IMG/VR virus record: IMGVR_UViG_3300047160_022640
Coordinates: 1 to 64,000 of that record
Direction: 5' to 3' (one strand)
DNA: 64,000 nt
Source of the DNA: a virus
Lineage: Duplodnaviria > Caudoviricetes
In this document: piece after piece, positions 26,265-42,439 of the stretch
Numbering within the stretch: position 1 is the first letter of the stretch
Layout: each line of letters begins with the position of its first letter
Notes under the pieces: generated by a model
Seen by the model: the letters and a program-made list of their open reading frames with translations, nothing else
Told to the model about the DNA's origin: nothing
Database searches by the model: none
Translations under genes and position numbers: made by a program

Positions 26265-27446
26265 ATGTCGTTCTATCTAGTGCAGCGCGGTGATTCTCCG
26301 GCGAGCATCGCTCGACGACACGGCGTGTCGATAGGGTCGCTGCTCGGCGCAAACCCGCACAAGCCTGTCGTTGCGGTCGGTCAAGTACGAACGTGGCAAT
26401 CGCTTGGACTCGGCGAGCGCTTGAACCTTCCAGTGGGCGTCGGCGCAATCACGCCAGCGCCGCTGAACGCAGTGCACAAACAGATCAGCATCAACAACCC
26501 GGGACCGCATGTCGCGGATGCGGATGTGGCGCTCTGGCAAACCATCGTCGGAGCAACCCCTGACGGTCTCTTCGGACCGAACACGCAAGCAGCGACGAAG
26601 GCGTGGCAAGCCGCGCACGGGCTTGCTGCGGACGGCATCGTCGGTCCGAAGACGTGGGCCGCTGCAACGTTGGTGGCCGCTCCAGCTGCAGCCGCCGCGT
26701 CACTTCCTCAGATCGCCACGCAGATCTTGTCGCAGCTCCCGTCTATCCCGGGTATCACGCCAGCTGCCGCTCCCGCTCCTGTCCCTACGGCAGCGCCCAC
26801 CGTAACCCCGGCGGCGCCGGCGGCGGCAGCGATCCTCGCATCAGGAATCGACCCGTGCCTCTCCGACAACGCGCAGATGGTGTGCGCGGCGCAGCGCGTG
26901 CTCGGTGTCGCAGCCGATGGCAAATACGGCAACGACACCGCGACGGCGTTGCGGAAGTTTATACCGGGCGCTCCTCCCGGATGCAGCCCACGCCCTGCTT
27001 GGTGGACGCCGACGGGACAGAGCAACTGCAACACGGTAGCTGCTGCGCCTTCGCTTCCTTCGCTCCCTTCCCTCCCGCTACCGGTCCCCAGTGCTGCGCC
27101 GAGTCTGCCGTCGATCCCGTCGGTGCTTCCGATGCCGTCGACCTCGTCGACGCCGCTCCCGCCGATCGTCCTCCCGACGAACCCACCGACCGTAGTTCCG
27201 CTGCCATCGGTGCCGTCGATTCCGTCTGTCTTGCCGACGACGGCACAACCCGGTCCTGTTCAGCCTACGGTGACGGCGCCCGCGAAAGCGGGCATCAGCC
27301 CCGGCGTCATGGTCGCGGGCGGTCTCGGCGCCGTAGCACTCGTCGCGATGGTGGCGATGAGCGGAAAACACGGAGGCGGCCGAGCGCCAGCGAGCCGTCG
27401 ATCAGGCGGCCATAAGGCGCGCCGCACTTCCAGGAAGCGAAGGTAG
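26265..27446 (+). CDS. LysM plus two peptidoglycan-binding domains, Pro-rich stalk, tail anchor
   Basis: YLVQRGDSPASIARRHGVS..LLGANP; DGLFGPNTQAATKAWQAAHGLAADGIVGPKTW; ADGKYGNDT; TM and basic tail. Confidence 0.9.
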   Translation: MSFYLVQRGDSPASIARRHGVSIGSLLGANPHKPVVAVGQVRTWQSLGLGERLNLPVGVGAITPAPLNAVHKQISINNPGPHVADADVALWQTIVGATPDGLFGPNTQAATKAWQAAHGLAADGIVGPKTWAAATLVAAPAAAAASLPQIATQILSQLPSIPGITPAAAPAPVPTAAPTVTPAAPAAAAILASGIDPCLSDNAQMVCAAQRVLGVAADGKYGNDTATALRKFIPGAPPGCSPRPAWWTPTGQSNCNTVAAAPSLPSLPSLPLPVPSAAPSLPSIPSVLPMPSTSSTPLPPIVLPTNPPTVVPLPSVPSIPSVLPTTAQPGPVQPTVTAPAKAGISPGVMVAGGLGAVALVAMVAMSGKHGGGRAPASRRSGGHKARRTSRKRR

Positions 27447-27449
27447 GCG

Positions 27450-27638
27450 ATGCCCGAGATAGTTCACCAGGAGACGCTCTGCTGCGGGTCCAAACGGTGC
27501 CCGACAGTGAAGTTTCTCCATGATGGATCGGTAGTCATCACCGACGATGATACGGAGATCGGATCGGTCGGTACCATCAAGATTAGTTCAGATGCGCTCG
27601 ATCGCCTCATCGAGTTGCGCGAACAACTGAAGAGGTGA
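27450..27638 (+). CDS. small protein, DUF397-like pattern
   Basis: CC..K.CP.V..L.DG.V.I.DD...I.I. Confidence 0.55.
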   Translation: MPEIVHQETLCCGSKRCPTVKFLHDGSVVITDDDTEIGSVGTIKISSDALDRLIELREQLKR

Positions 27639-27642
27639 TCCT

Positions 27643-28086
27643 GTGCTAGTCGCCAAACGGCTCGGTAGTGAGACGTATCCGCAGCCGAAGCAGGCGGCGG
27701 CTCAGTTCTCTGTCGTATACGTTTCGGATCCTACGGCGTATCACCAGACCCAAGGTAGCCCCTCACTGCTGGTCGTCAGCGGAACGATTAATCTGCAGCC
27801 AGGATCGCGCGTGAAGGTCGAGGGGATGGTGACCTTCGTCGGATCTGTCGCGGCGGGTAGAGCGATCCTGTCATCACCGCAAGACCCCGGAGTGATCGGC
27901 AACGCTTCTTTCGATGTCGCTCAAGGATCCAACTACAGAACGCTCAATTTCATTGGTTTCACCGACGTGCAACCGGCTGGGCCTTACACGATCGGTTTGT
28001 TTCTCGACGTGAACGGCTCGGCAGGAGCGCGTATAGATTCCGCAGGACCGAGTGTGCTCGTGCTCACAGAGATACCTGCGTCCTGA
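27643..28086 (+). CDS. beta-sandwich virion protein with GxETYP N-terminal motif
   Basis: GTG start; all-beta; C-domain architecture like 36780-37514. Confidence 0.7.
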   Translation: MLVAKRLGSETYPQPKQAAAQFSVVYVSDPTAYHQTQGSPSLLVVSGTINLQPGSRVKVEGMVTFVGSVAAGRAILSSPQDPGVIGNASFDVAQGSNYRTLNFIGFTDVQPAGPYTIGLFLDVNGSAGARIDSAGPSVLVLTEIPAS

Positions 28087-28108
28087 TTTAGAAGGGCGGT
28101 AAAACACA

Positions 28109-33736
<5,628 letters not shown>

Positions 33737-33746
33737 AGGATGCAAA

Positions 33747-36248
33747 ATGGCCGAGCTAGTTGACCAGCGCCAGTTGTCGTTGACCGGTTTGACAGGATCG
33801 ACCGGAAGCAGCGGCACAGGCCCTACCGGGCCCACCGGCAGAACCGGCCCTACTGGAGCGACAGGAAACACCGGAGCGCCTGGATTCGCCACCAACACCG
33901 GTGCTACTGGGCCCACCGGAGCTACCGGGCCCGGCGCGCTGCCGTTGACACGTCAGCGTTTTATCGACGCCGGAACAGCAGCGAGCGTGCATAACGGATC
34001 GTACCCACAACCGTTCGCTTCGATCACGCAGTTCATGGCATCGCGAACGAATGTGTCGAGCGATGATGCCACATCGAACTACGTGGGATGGCTGACACCT
34101 GCTGCGGGAGCGTACACAGAGAGCGTCATTTTTCCTGCTTATTGCTCGACTGAGTTGCGAGCTCCTTCTTTTTCTCTGGCCCCATTGGGTGCTGTATTGA
34201 ACGGAAGTGTTCTCTGGCAGAACACCGGTGGCGCTATCTCTCCGTTTCTCGGAGCGACGGCGTCTATGCACAACGTCAGCGTACTTTTCGGGATCACCGT
34301 AGTCGATGATGCTGGCGCACCTATATCTAACTTCTCATTCAGCGGAGATTCTGTATCCGGACAGCTTGCCGGTGCGGAGATTGCTGGAAACTTCATTTCG
34401 AGCGCCTGTTCCAGACTTCGGCAGGTCTACTTCCTCAACGCTGCGGTAGTCGGTGACATCGACTGCGGTACTAGCTCAGACAGCGCGTTCCTCAACATGC
34501 GTGCGAGCTCCGTGCAAGGGAATGTTACCTGCAACGGATTGTACGCGGACGGCGTCACATTCGAGTCGTCATCGATAACGAGTTCGGCGTCAGCGCAGGC
34601 TACATTTCAGAATTGTGCGTTCGAGGGACCAACGCTCAACTGTCCGGCGGGATCGTTGTTTGACGGCCCCTCCTGGCAGAGTTTCGTCTCTACAGGAGGG
34701 TTACGCACGGCTGGGTTCGCTCTCGTCACGGGCGGATACTCCGGAGCTTCAGTAGATGGCGCTAATCTCAGTAGCGGGTCATCTAGTGTTTCGTTGAACG
34801 GTCTCGCTCCTGGCACGTCGCCCGCTTACACCGGTGTAAACTCTGGGAATCACTACACTGCGCCGACTTTGACAGCGCTTAGTTTTGTGACTCTGCTTAC
34901 CGGTGGAGGAGAAAACAACGGCGACACGCTGATGATCACGAAGCAGGACACGTCTCGCTTCGGATTTTCGATCCTGAACAATTCAGGGCAAATCATCGGA
35001 CTGATTCCCGCAGGAAGCAGCGGTTTCTTCCTAGCCAAATTCAACGCCTTTCTAGGAGATTGGTTTCTCGAAGAGTGCGGCTCTCAGAGCGGTGTTCTAT
35101 CTCGTCAAAAATACATCGATGGTGGCACGCAAGCCGTGCTCCGAAATGGCGCCATTTCGCAGCCGTACCAAACGATCACGGAGTTCACATCCGTTCGCGG
35201 AAACGCATCCGTAAACGATGCGACAACAAACTACGTCGGCATCGTAGTGCCTGCCATCAACGGGTACTCGGAAAATATTTCCTTCACTCCGTACGCATCA
35301 ACAGAGCTTCGCGCAGAATCTTTTTCGATTCCGTCCGGCACCCGCGGCGTGATTCTGAACGGTAATGCTACGTGGCTCAACTCCGCTGGCGCGAATGTCG
35401 GTGTCAGTCCAACCGTCGCTATCCACAACATCTCCGTTGGGGGAACGTTCACTGTTTCTGACGACGGCGGCGCCCCGACATCGACCGTGATCTTCGGCAG
35501 CGACGAAATTCCAGGCGGCGTGTTCTTGAGCGCTTTCGACGCCACCGGCGCCAATCATCTTGGAAGCGCGCAGTTCTACAATGCCGAAATCGGTAACTGT
35601 AATGCGGGCAACGGCGCCAGCGCCCCATCTGTCGTGCTTACTGGATGCACGATGTTGGGTGTCATCACGGCCGGATCTCTGAAGGCGACAGACACGCTGT
35701 TCGCGGTCGCGTCGATCACAGTCAAGACGGGCGGCGTCACACTGTTCTCCAACTGCACGTTCTCTCCCGGTTCCAATCCGCTTTTGACTTGCACAGGCGG
35801 CGGTCAGTTCGACGGCCAATCGTGGAGCTCGTTCATCGCCGCCGGAGGCACGCGAGCTGCAGGTACATTCGCGCTGGTCACGGGCGGATACAACGCCGCG
35901 CCTATCGAAGGCGCTACGTTGTCGGCGACGGCTGACACTAGCGTGTCGTTGAACGGGAACGCAGCGGGGACGACGACCGGGTACACCGGTAACAACTCGG
36001 GGAATCACTACACGTGCTCCAACTTGACGGCGAACCGAGCTGTCAAAGCGTTGAAGGGCGGCGGCGAGATGAACGGCGACACATTGCTGATCACCAAGAA
36101 CGGCCCCTTCGCATTCGATCTGTCGGTGCAGAACTCGAGCGGCTCTACCGTCGCTGTTTTGCCGTCTGGGTTCCGGGCGTTCGCGCTTCTGCAATTCTCG
36201 TCACTGGCTAACGAGTGGCTGTTCGTCGAGGGAGGGCAACTGTCGTGA
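33747..36248 (+). CDS. short-collagen fibre protein with two ~385-aa modules, paralogous to the C-half of 28109
   Basis: RQRFIDAGT...DAT.NYVG...Y.STELRA.SFS...SGNHY...GGGE..GDT.LI.K in both genes. Confidence 0.9.
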   Translation: MAELVDQRQLSLTGLTGSTGSSGTGPTGPTGRTGPTGATGNTGAPGFATNTGATGPTGATGPGALPLTRQRFIDAGTAASVHNGSYPQPFASITQFMASRTNVSSDDATSNYVGWLTPAAGAYTESVIFPAYCSTELRAPSFSLAPLGAVLNGSVLWQNTGGAISPFLGATASMHNVSVLFGITVVDDAGAPISNFSFSGDSVSGQLAGAEIAGNFISSACSRLRQVYFLNAAVVGDIDCGTSSDSAFLNMRASSVQGNVTCNGLYADGVTFESSSITSSASAQATFQNCAFEGPTLNCPAGSLFDGPSWQSFVSTGGLRTAGFALVTGGYSGASVDGANLSSGSSSVSLNGLAPGTSPAYTGVNSGNHYTAPTLTALSFVTLLTGGGENNGDTLMITKQDTSRFGFSILNNSGQIIGLIPAGSSGFFLAKFNAFLGDWFLEECGSQSGVLSRQKYIDGGTQAVLRNGAISQPYQTITEFTSVRGNASVNDATTNYVGIVVPAINGYSENISFTPYASTELRAESFSIPSGTRGVILNGNATWLNSAGANVGVSPTVAIHNISVGGTFTVSDDGGAPTSTVIFGSDEIPGGVFLSAFDATGANHLGSAQFYNAEIGNCNAGNGASAPSVVLTGCTMLGVITAGSLKATDTLFAVASITVKTGGVTLFSNCTFSPGSNPLLTCTGGGQFDGQSWSSFIAAGGTRAAGTFALVTGGYNAAPIEGATLSATADTSVSLNGNAAGTTTGYTGNNSGNHYTCSNLTANRAVKALKGGGEMNGDTLLITKNGPFAFDLSVQNSSGSTVAVLPSGFRAFALLQFSSLANEWLFVEGGQLS

Positions 36249-36505
36249 TTCTCGTCGAGTTAGGGCTCATCGGGATCACGCTCATCATCTCGCGAGGAAC
36301 CATTTTCTACTGGTTCCAGCAGCGCTGGCCTACGTTCATCAAGTGCGCGCAATGTACCGGAATGTGGGTCGGCATGGCTGCCGGCGCCGCCGGTCTCATG
36401 CAGACCGGGCATGGATTGATGTTCGACGTCGCAGCCGTCGGAGGGGCAACCAGTTTCCTGTCGCTGCTCGCCAATGCTATCCTTATTCGGTTGCTAGAAA
36501 AGTAA
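36245..36505 (+). CDS. small membrane protein with CxxC (DUF1360-like)
   Basis: GTG start; [14 protein letters not shown]. Confidence 0.65.
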   Translation: MILVELGLIGITLIISRGTIFYWFQQRWPTFIKCAQCTGMWVGMAAGAAGLMQTGHGLMFDVAAVGGATSFLSLLANAILIRLLEK

Positions 36506-36517
36506 CGGAGGAAAAAC

Positions 36518-36739
36518 ATGCGACGCAAATTGAAAAATCTAAAACACAAGAGCGGCCACTCCGAGAACGGATCCCCCCGGCAGCTGATCGACGAGATGGT
36601 CTACCGCGAGCACGCGAATCTAGTCGCTTCGATCTCGCCGCCTACTTTCGATCCGAAGTACAGCGGATGGTCGAACGCGAGTCGTCCGCGCGACTTCGCG
36701 ATCTTTCCGCGGTCCAATCTCGGCGCAGGTCCTGGGTAG
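36518..36739 (+). CDS. small basic protein
   Basis: GGAGG SD, 73 aa. Confidence 0.6.
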   Translation: MRRKLKNLKHKSGHSENGSPRQLIDEMVYREHANLVASISPPTFDPKYSGWSNASRPRDFAIFPRSNLGAGPG

Positions 36740-36770
36740 AACGCCGTTCGACATCCGAACCGGAGGATAG

Positions 36771-37514
<744 letters not shown>

Positions 37515-37522
37515 AGGACGAT

Positions 37523-37556
37523 TTGACAAGCGCGTGACGAACGTCATAGCTTGTCA
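37523..37556 (+). promoter_or_regulatory. promoter with palindromic operator for the glycosylation cluster
   Basis: TTGACA-N18-TAGCTT, 6 nt before ATG 37559; inverted repeat TGACAAGC...GCTTGTCA overlaps both boxes. Confidence 0.6.
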
Positions 37557-37558
37557 CG

Positions 37559-39151
37559 ATGCGTCTTACGCAAGCTGACATCGACAGCGTCGACCTCGAG
37601 CGGCTTCGACCGTACGTAGCGAGCCCGGAAGAGTTCTTCGGAAAGCGCGAGCATTACAAGCTGCTTGCCCACCTCACGACACTGCTTCCGCCGGGCGCGA
37701 CTGTCGTCGACATTGGCACGCATAGAGGAGACTCTGCGTTGTCGCTTTCTTATAGCCGTCACCTAGTCGATACTTTCGACGTAGTCGACAAGACGAGTTC
37801 TCGCGGAAACGATTGGAACACCTACAAGAGCGCGTTTCATCTCTCTGCGCACATCGGCGATCTGTTCGATCTGAAGACGCGCGAAGCGCACAGAAAGACA
37901 CTTCTCGATAGCCTGCTCATCGTCGTCGATATCGATCCGCACGAGGGCACGCGCGAACTCGAGCTCGTTGAGTGGCTCCGTGATCACGACTACGGCGGCA
38001 TCATCGTTCTCGACGACATCTGGTACTTCAAACAGATGCGCGACAACCTCTGGAGTCGCATCGAGTCGCGCTTCAAGACGGACGCGACGTCGCTCGGACA
38101 CTGGTCTGGTACCGGTATCGTTTCGTTCAAACAACGCGTCGAGATTGAAGGCGCTCCTCCACCCGCCGACAACTGGACGCTTGTTACGGGGTACTTCGAT
38201 CTCACGAAGGCGCCTGATGCGAACGACGCCATCAAGGCGCGTCCAGCCGAGCACTACATCGAACAACACGGTGGAGGAGTGCTGGGACTCGACAAAAACC
38301 TGATCGTGTTCTGCGAGCCGGAACTCGAACCCAAAATCTGGGCGATGCGGCCGAAGTATCTCCACGAGCACACGCGTGTCTACACGCAGTCATTCGAGGA
38401 CTTCCCGCTCACTCGAAACAGAGATCTGATCAAGCTTCATAGAGGAGGCGCCTGTCCGTCTGATCCGCGCAACACGGCGTCGTATTACCTGTTCTGCATG
38501 GCGCGCTACGCAATGCTCAAGCGAGCAATCCGCGATGCGCCATTCAAGTCAACGCACTACGCTTGGATCAACATCTGCATCGAGCGTATGGGTTTCAGCA
38601 ACCTCGCGCATCTCAACGAGGCGCTCGGACTCAACCGAAACAGGTTCTCTACGTGTTGGATCGACTACGTTTCAAAAAATCTCGTAGAAGACTTGCCCAG
38701 GTACTTCGACGGGAGTGCCTGCTTAGGACGTTGCTCGATGTGCAGCGGTTTTTTCACCGGGCGCCACGATCACATGCGATTCGCTTGCGACGAGATCGAG
38801 AACGCATTCTTTGATTGTCTGCTGAACGGGTACGGGCACGCCGACGAGCAACTATTCCCAATCGTACATTACCGTCACCCGGAGCTGTTCGACTGGTACA
38901 TCGGCGATTACACCGAGATGATCACCAACTACGCCGCGGTGCACGAACACCCGGAACGTCCGTTGCGGACCCTGATCACCAACAGCTTTGCCGCCGACGA
39001 TAAGCAAGTCTGCAAACGAGCTTGTGACATCCTTCGGGAGTCTATCGAGGCGGGGCACTGTCGCCTTTCACCTGACGATCAAGCCCAATTTGATATGATC
39101 AGTTATGCCCATCGTGATGGTCATCCCCCCGAGCTTGTTCCTGCTCGATGA
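37559..39151 (+). CDS. class I SAM methyltransferase fused to HtrL/YibB-like domain
   Basis: VVDIGTHRGDS, VDIDPH, IIVLDDI; C-half TLVTGYFDL, THYAWIN, CSGFFTG, ADEQL. Confidence 0.75.
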   Translation: MRLTQADIDSVDLERLRPYVASPEEFFGKREHYKLLAHLTTLLPPGATVVDIGTHRGDSALSLSYSRHLVDTFDVVDKTSSRGNDWNTYKSAFHLSAHIGDLFDLKTREAHRKTLLDSLLIVVDIDPHEGTRELELVEWLRDHDYGGIIVLDDIWYFKQMRDNLWSRIESRFKTDATSLGHWSGTGIVSFKQRVEIEGAPPPADNWTLVTGYFDLTKAPDANDAIKARPAEHYIEQHGGGVLGLDKNLIVFCEPELEPKIWAMRPKYLHEHTRVYTQSFEDFPLTRNRDLIKLHRGGACPSDPRNTASYYLFCMARYAMLKRAIRDAPFKSTHYAWINICIERMGFSNLAHLNEALGLNRNRFSTCWIDYVSKNLVEDLPRYFDGSACLGRCSMCSGFFTGRHDHMRFACDEIENAFFDCLLNGYGHADEQLFPIVHYRHPELFDWYIGDYTEMITNYAAVHEHPERPLRTLITNSFAADDKQVCKRACDILRESIEAGHCRLSPDDQAQFDMISYAHRDGHPPELVPAR

Positions 39152-41780
39152 GCGCGTGTTCATGTCGCTCGGCATCTTGCGTGTCGCGGCCAGTCTCGAG
39201 AGTGCCGGGCATCGAGTGGAGATGCTCGACCTGAGCGGTGTCGAGAACTTCGAAGAAGTCGCGGCTCTACACGCTGCGAGTACGACGGCCAGCGCTGTCT
39301 GCATCACAGTGACGACGCCACAACTGCCAGCAGCGGTCAAGATCGTGGCGGCAATCAGACGAGCGGCATCGCACTTGAAGATCATCGCCGGCGGGCCGCA
39401 CATCACGCTCGTGCACTCTGCCGTGAAGCTCGAACGCAAGAGCTCGCGAGTCGGGCGCGCGCATCGGGCGCTCGACAAGCTTCAGCAGATCTTCGACGTG
39501 CTCGTGTCCGGTGACGGGGAGCTCGCGATCTTTGAAGCGCTCCGTGTGCCGAGCGGCGTCGTCGACGCAGACGTCCCGAACGGTGTGTTGTTCTTGACTA
39601 ACAAGGCGTACGATGAGCTTGCGTGGCCAGCGCGTCATCTTGTTGACGTTGCAAGTTACAAGTACAGCATCGACGGGTTCAAGGCGACGAGCGTGATCGC
39701 CCAGCTCGGGTGCCCGTTCGGCTGCGGATTTTCATTGACTGGTGACGCGCTAATTTCCATCGAATCAGGGTTCAAGAGACTGAGCGAGCTAGTTGCCGGC
39801 CCCGGCGCAATCGAGCGCTGCGCGCATGGCGGCGCGGTGTGCGTGCACCGTGTCTCGAAGAAAGTGGCTACGCATCAGGGATGGTCATCTGGTGTCGAGG
39901 TTGTCGACGAAGGTACGCGTCCTGTCTACGAAGTTCGTACAGAAAACGGGCTGCGACTGCGCGCAACGGCCGAGCATCCGTTCATGGCGGTCTCCGGGGA
40001 CGATGTCGTGTGGCGAGACGTGCGAGACCTGCGAACAGGCGACTGGTTGGTTATGCAAGAGCCTGAGATGAACTGGCCGAATGAATACGTCTCCCTGCCC
40101 GCCCCAGAATCGCTCCCGGAGATCCCGCGCGGCGGTTTCGAACGCAAGAAGCATCATCGGACGCCTTCAAGAATGACCCCAGATCTAGCCTGGTTGACAG
40201 GGTTCATTGTCGGCGACGGATGCTTGCCGGCGGATCGGCGTCCGTCGGTTCACATCTGCGTGACTGTTGCCGTCGCGGAAAAACTCGAACGCATCGTCTT
40301 GGAGCAATTTGGCGTTCGGCTGTGCGTCAACAGCTCGTCAGTTACCGGCAAGATGCGCCACGGGTGGATACATAGCCGCATCGTTTACAACTTCTTCGCC
40401 GATGTGCTCCATATGGGCGCGGGCAACAAGCTCCACGTCCCAGAGCAAATACTTCGTTCGCCAAGGGACGTGATCGAAGCGTTTTTGAGAGGGCTACTCG
40501 ATGCGGACGGATACAACGATGGCCGGTCAGAGTATCTGACCACGGTTTCGTGGGATCTTGCTCGAGAGGTGGCAAATGTATGGTTGATGCTGGGTCACGT
40601 TCCCTCGATCAATGAGATCTCGGGGCCCGACTATTCACCGGGGACGTGCTATCGCGTACAAACATTTAGGAATGACCGAATTCCAACTAAGAAAGCGCTG
40701 TATCGGTCAACCAAGTCGGGCTCTTGGTATTGGCGCACGCCGCGCGATAAAACACACTTCCTAGGTATTCGCAGGCGTACGCTACGCGAATCAGGGTTGA
40801 CACACCCTCTTGATGTACCGGGTCGTCACTACGTACGTGTCGAGGCGATCACGCCTGGCGTTCCTGAGCGTGTGTACGACCTGCGTGTTCCTGGTGCGCA
40901 TTCATTCTTGGCAGACGGCATCGTTTCGCACAACTGCGGCGGTCGGAACACTGCGATGCTCCGACGTATTCGCACTAGATCGACGGAGAACATCGTCGCC
41001 GAGATCGAGCACTTGCACCGCACTTACGGCTTTCGCGCATGGATGTTCTACGACGACGAGCTCAACGTCAGCAAAACCTTCGTCGAGCTCCTACGCGCGC
41101 TCACAGCGTTGCAGGAACGTCTGGGGCAAGAGTTCCGGTTCCGCGGGTTTGTCAAATCGGAGCTCTTCAACGCAGAGCAAGCAGAGGAGATGCAGCGCGC
41201 CGGTTTCCGGTGGCTCCTCTGCGGCTTCGAGGCGGCCGATCCGCGCATCCTCGAGAACATCAACAAACGCGCAACGCTCAAGGACAACGACCGTGTCATC
41301 GAACTCGCGCATAAGCACGGACTCAAGGTCAAGGCGCTCATGAGCGTCGGGCACCCGGGCGAATCAGAGACGACCATATACGCGGTTCGCGGATGGCTCA
41401 CGTCGCGCGCGCCAGATGATTTCGACGTTACAACGATCACGACCTACCCGGGCACGCCGTACTACGACGAGGCCGTACCGCACGAGAGCGCATCCGATGC
41501 GTGGACATACACCGCGCGCACCGGCGACCGATTGCATTCGCTCGACGTCGATTACACGCAAGTCGCTGACTACTACAAGGGCGCCCCCGACAGTTATTGC
41601 TCGTACGTGTGGACCGACTACATTTCGCGCAAAGGGATCGTAGAGTGCCGCGACAATGTAGAACGCGACGTGCGCGCGGCGCTCAGTATTCCATTTAATC
41701 CCAGTGCTCCCGGAGTGCGCTACGAGCACAGTTTCGGACAAGGAAAACTGCCTGAGCGAATTCTTCGGGAGAGCGCATGA
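39105..41780 (+). CDS. cobalamin-binding radical SAM enzyme containing an intein
   Basis: SLGILRVAASL, IIAGGPHIT; spliced CPFGCGF-C motif; FYDDELN, GFEAAD, LMSVGHPGES, YPGTPYY; 490 aa after splicing. Confidence 0.9.
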   Translation: MPIVMVIPPSLFLLDERVFMSLGILRVAASLESAGHRVEMLDLSGVENFEEVAALHAASTTASAVCITVTTPQLPAAVKIVAAIRRAASHLKIIAGGPHITLVHSAVKLERKSSRVGRAHRALDKLQQIFDVLVSGDGELAIFEALRVPSGVVDADVPNGVLFLTNKAYDELAWPARHLVDVASYKYSIDGFKATSVIAQLGCPFGCGFSLTGDALISIESGFKRLSELVAGPGAIERCAHGGAVCVHRVSKKVATHQGWSSGVEVVDEGTRPVYEVRTENGLRLRATAEHPFMAVSGDDVVWRDVRDLRTGDWLVMQEPEMNWPNEYVSLPAPESLPEIPRGGFERKKHHRTPSRMTPDLAWLTGFIVGDGCLPADRRPSVHICVTVAVAEKLERIVLEQFGVRLCVNSSSVTGKMRHGWIHSRIVYNFFADVLHMGAGNKLHVPEQILRSPRDVIEAFLRGLLDADGYNDGRSEYLTTVSWDLAREVANVWLMLGHVPSINEISGPDYSPGTCYRVQTFRNDRIPTKKALYRSTKSGSWYWRTPRDKTHFLGIRRRTLRESGLTHPLDVPGRHYVRVEAITPGVPERVYDLRVPGAHSFLADGIVSHNCGGRNTAMLRRIRTRSTENIVAEIEHLHRTYGFRAWMFYDDELNVSKTFVELLRALTALQERLGQEFRFRGFVKSELFNAEQAEEMQRAGFRWLLCGFEAADPRILENINKRATLKDNDRVIELAHKHGLKVKALMSVGHPGESETTIYAVRGWLTSRAPDDFDVTTITTYPGTPYYDEAVPHESASDAWTYTARTGDRLHSLDVDYTQVADYYKGAPDSYCSYVWTDYISRKGIVECRDNVERDVRAALSIPFNPSAPGVRYEHSFGQGKLPERILRESA
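39732..40934 (+). mobile_element. intein (401 aa) with LAGLIDADG endonuclease
   Basis: Starts SLTGDALI; block B ATAEHPF; LTGFIVGDG and FLRGLLDADG; VYDLRV; ends SHN before Cys+1. Confidence 0.92.
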
Positions 41781-42439
41781 AAGCGCTATGCTTCGTTCTG
41801 GACTCGGATCCTCCGGTACACGGTTGGGCAGAGACGTACGAGTATCACCGCAGCGTGTGGCGTCAATGCATTGATGTCTGCCGCGAGCGATGTCCGAATA
41901 TCGACATCTTCTTCTTGCGGTCAAATCCGGACCTGAGTGTCGCGTTGAAAATAGCCGACAACTCGGTAGAGGTTCGCGGCCCGGAGAATTTCGACACAGT
42001 CTTACACAAGATCCAAGAAGGTATCGGCGCGCTGCTCAGCGGCCACGACTACGTCATCCAGACAGGACTCTCGTCAATGTGGGATTTCCCGCTATTCGAA
42101 CAAGAACCTGTTCGAAACGGCGTGTATGCGGGGCACGTTATCGAGAACCGATACATCTCCGGCGCCGGCATCATTCTGTCGAACAACGCCGCTAGGATCG
42201 TCTCCGAGTACCGGGATGCGCCGTCGTCAGGTTGGCAGGACGAGGCTATCTCCGACATTCTTAGCGCCCATCAGATACACCCAGAACATCGCGAGATGTT
42301 CTCGTACAACTACGCTCACGGGCCTGAGCAGCTCGAGACCAGGAGACATCTATGCTACAGAGTTCGGGACTACCACAACTCGTACCGAGTGACCGAGCGC
42401 GAAGTAATGGCGCGCATCTTCAGCAAGATATACGGGTAA
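41777..42439 (+). CDS. GT-A fold glycosyltransferase (galactosyltransferase-like)
   Basis: HDYVIQTGLSSMW, VYAG, YISGAGIILS, QDEAI. Confidence 0.65.
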   Translation: MKALCFVLDSDPPVHGWAETYEYHRSVWRQCIDVCRERCPNIDIFFLRSNPDLSVALKIADNSVEVRGPENFDTVLHKIQEGIGALLSGHDYVIQTGLSSMWDFPLFEQEPVRNGVYAGHVIENRYISGAGIILSNNAARIVSEYRDAPSSGWQDEAISDILSAHQIHPEHREMFSYNYAHGPEQLETRRHLCYRVRDYHNSYRVTEREVMARIFSKIYG

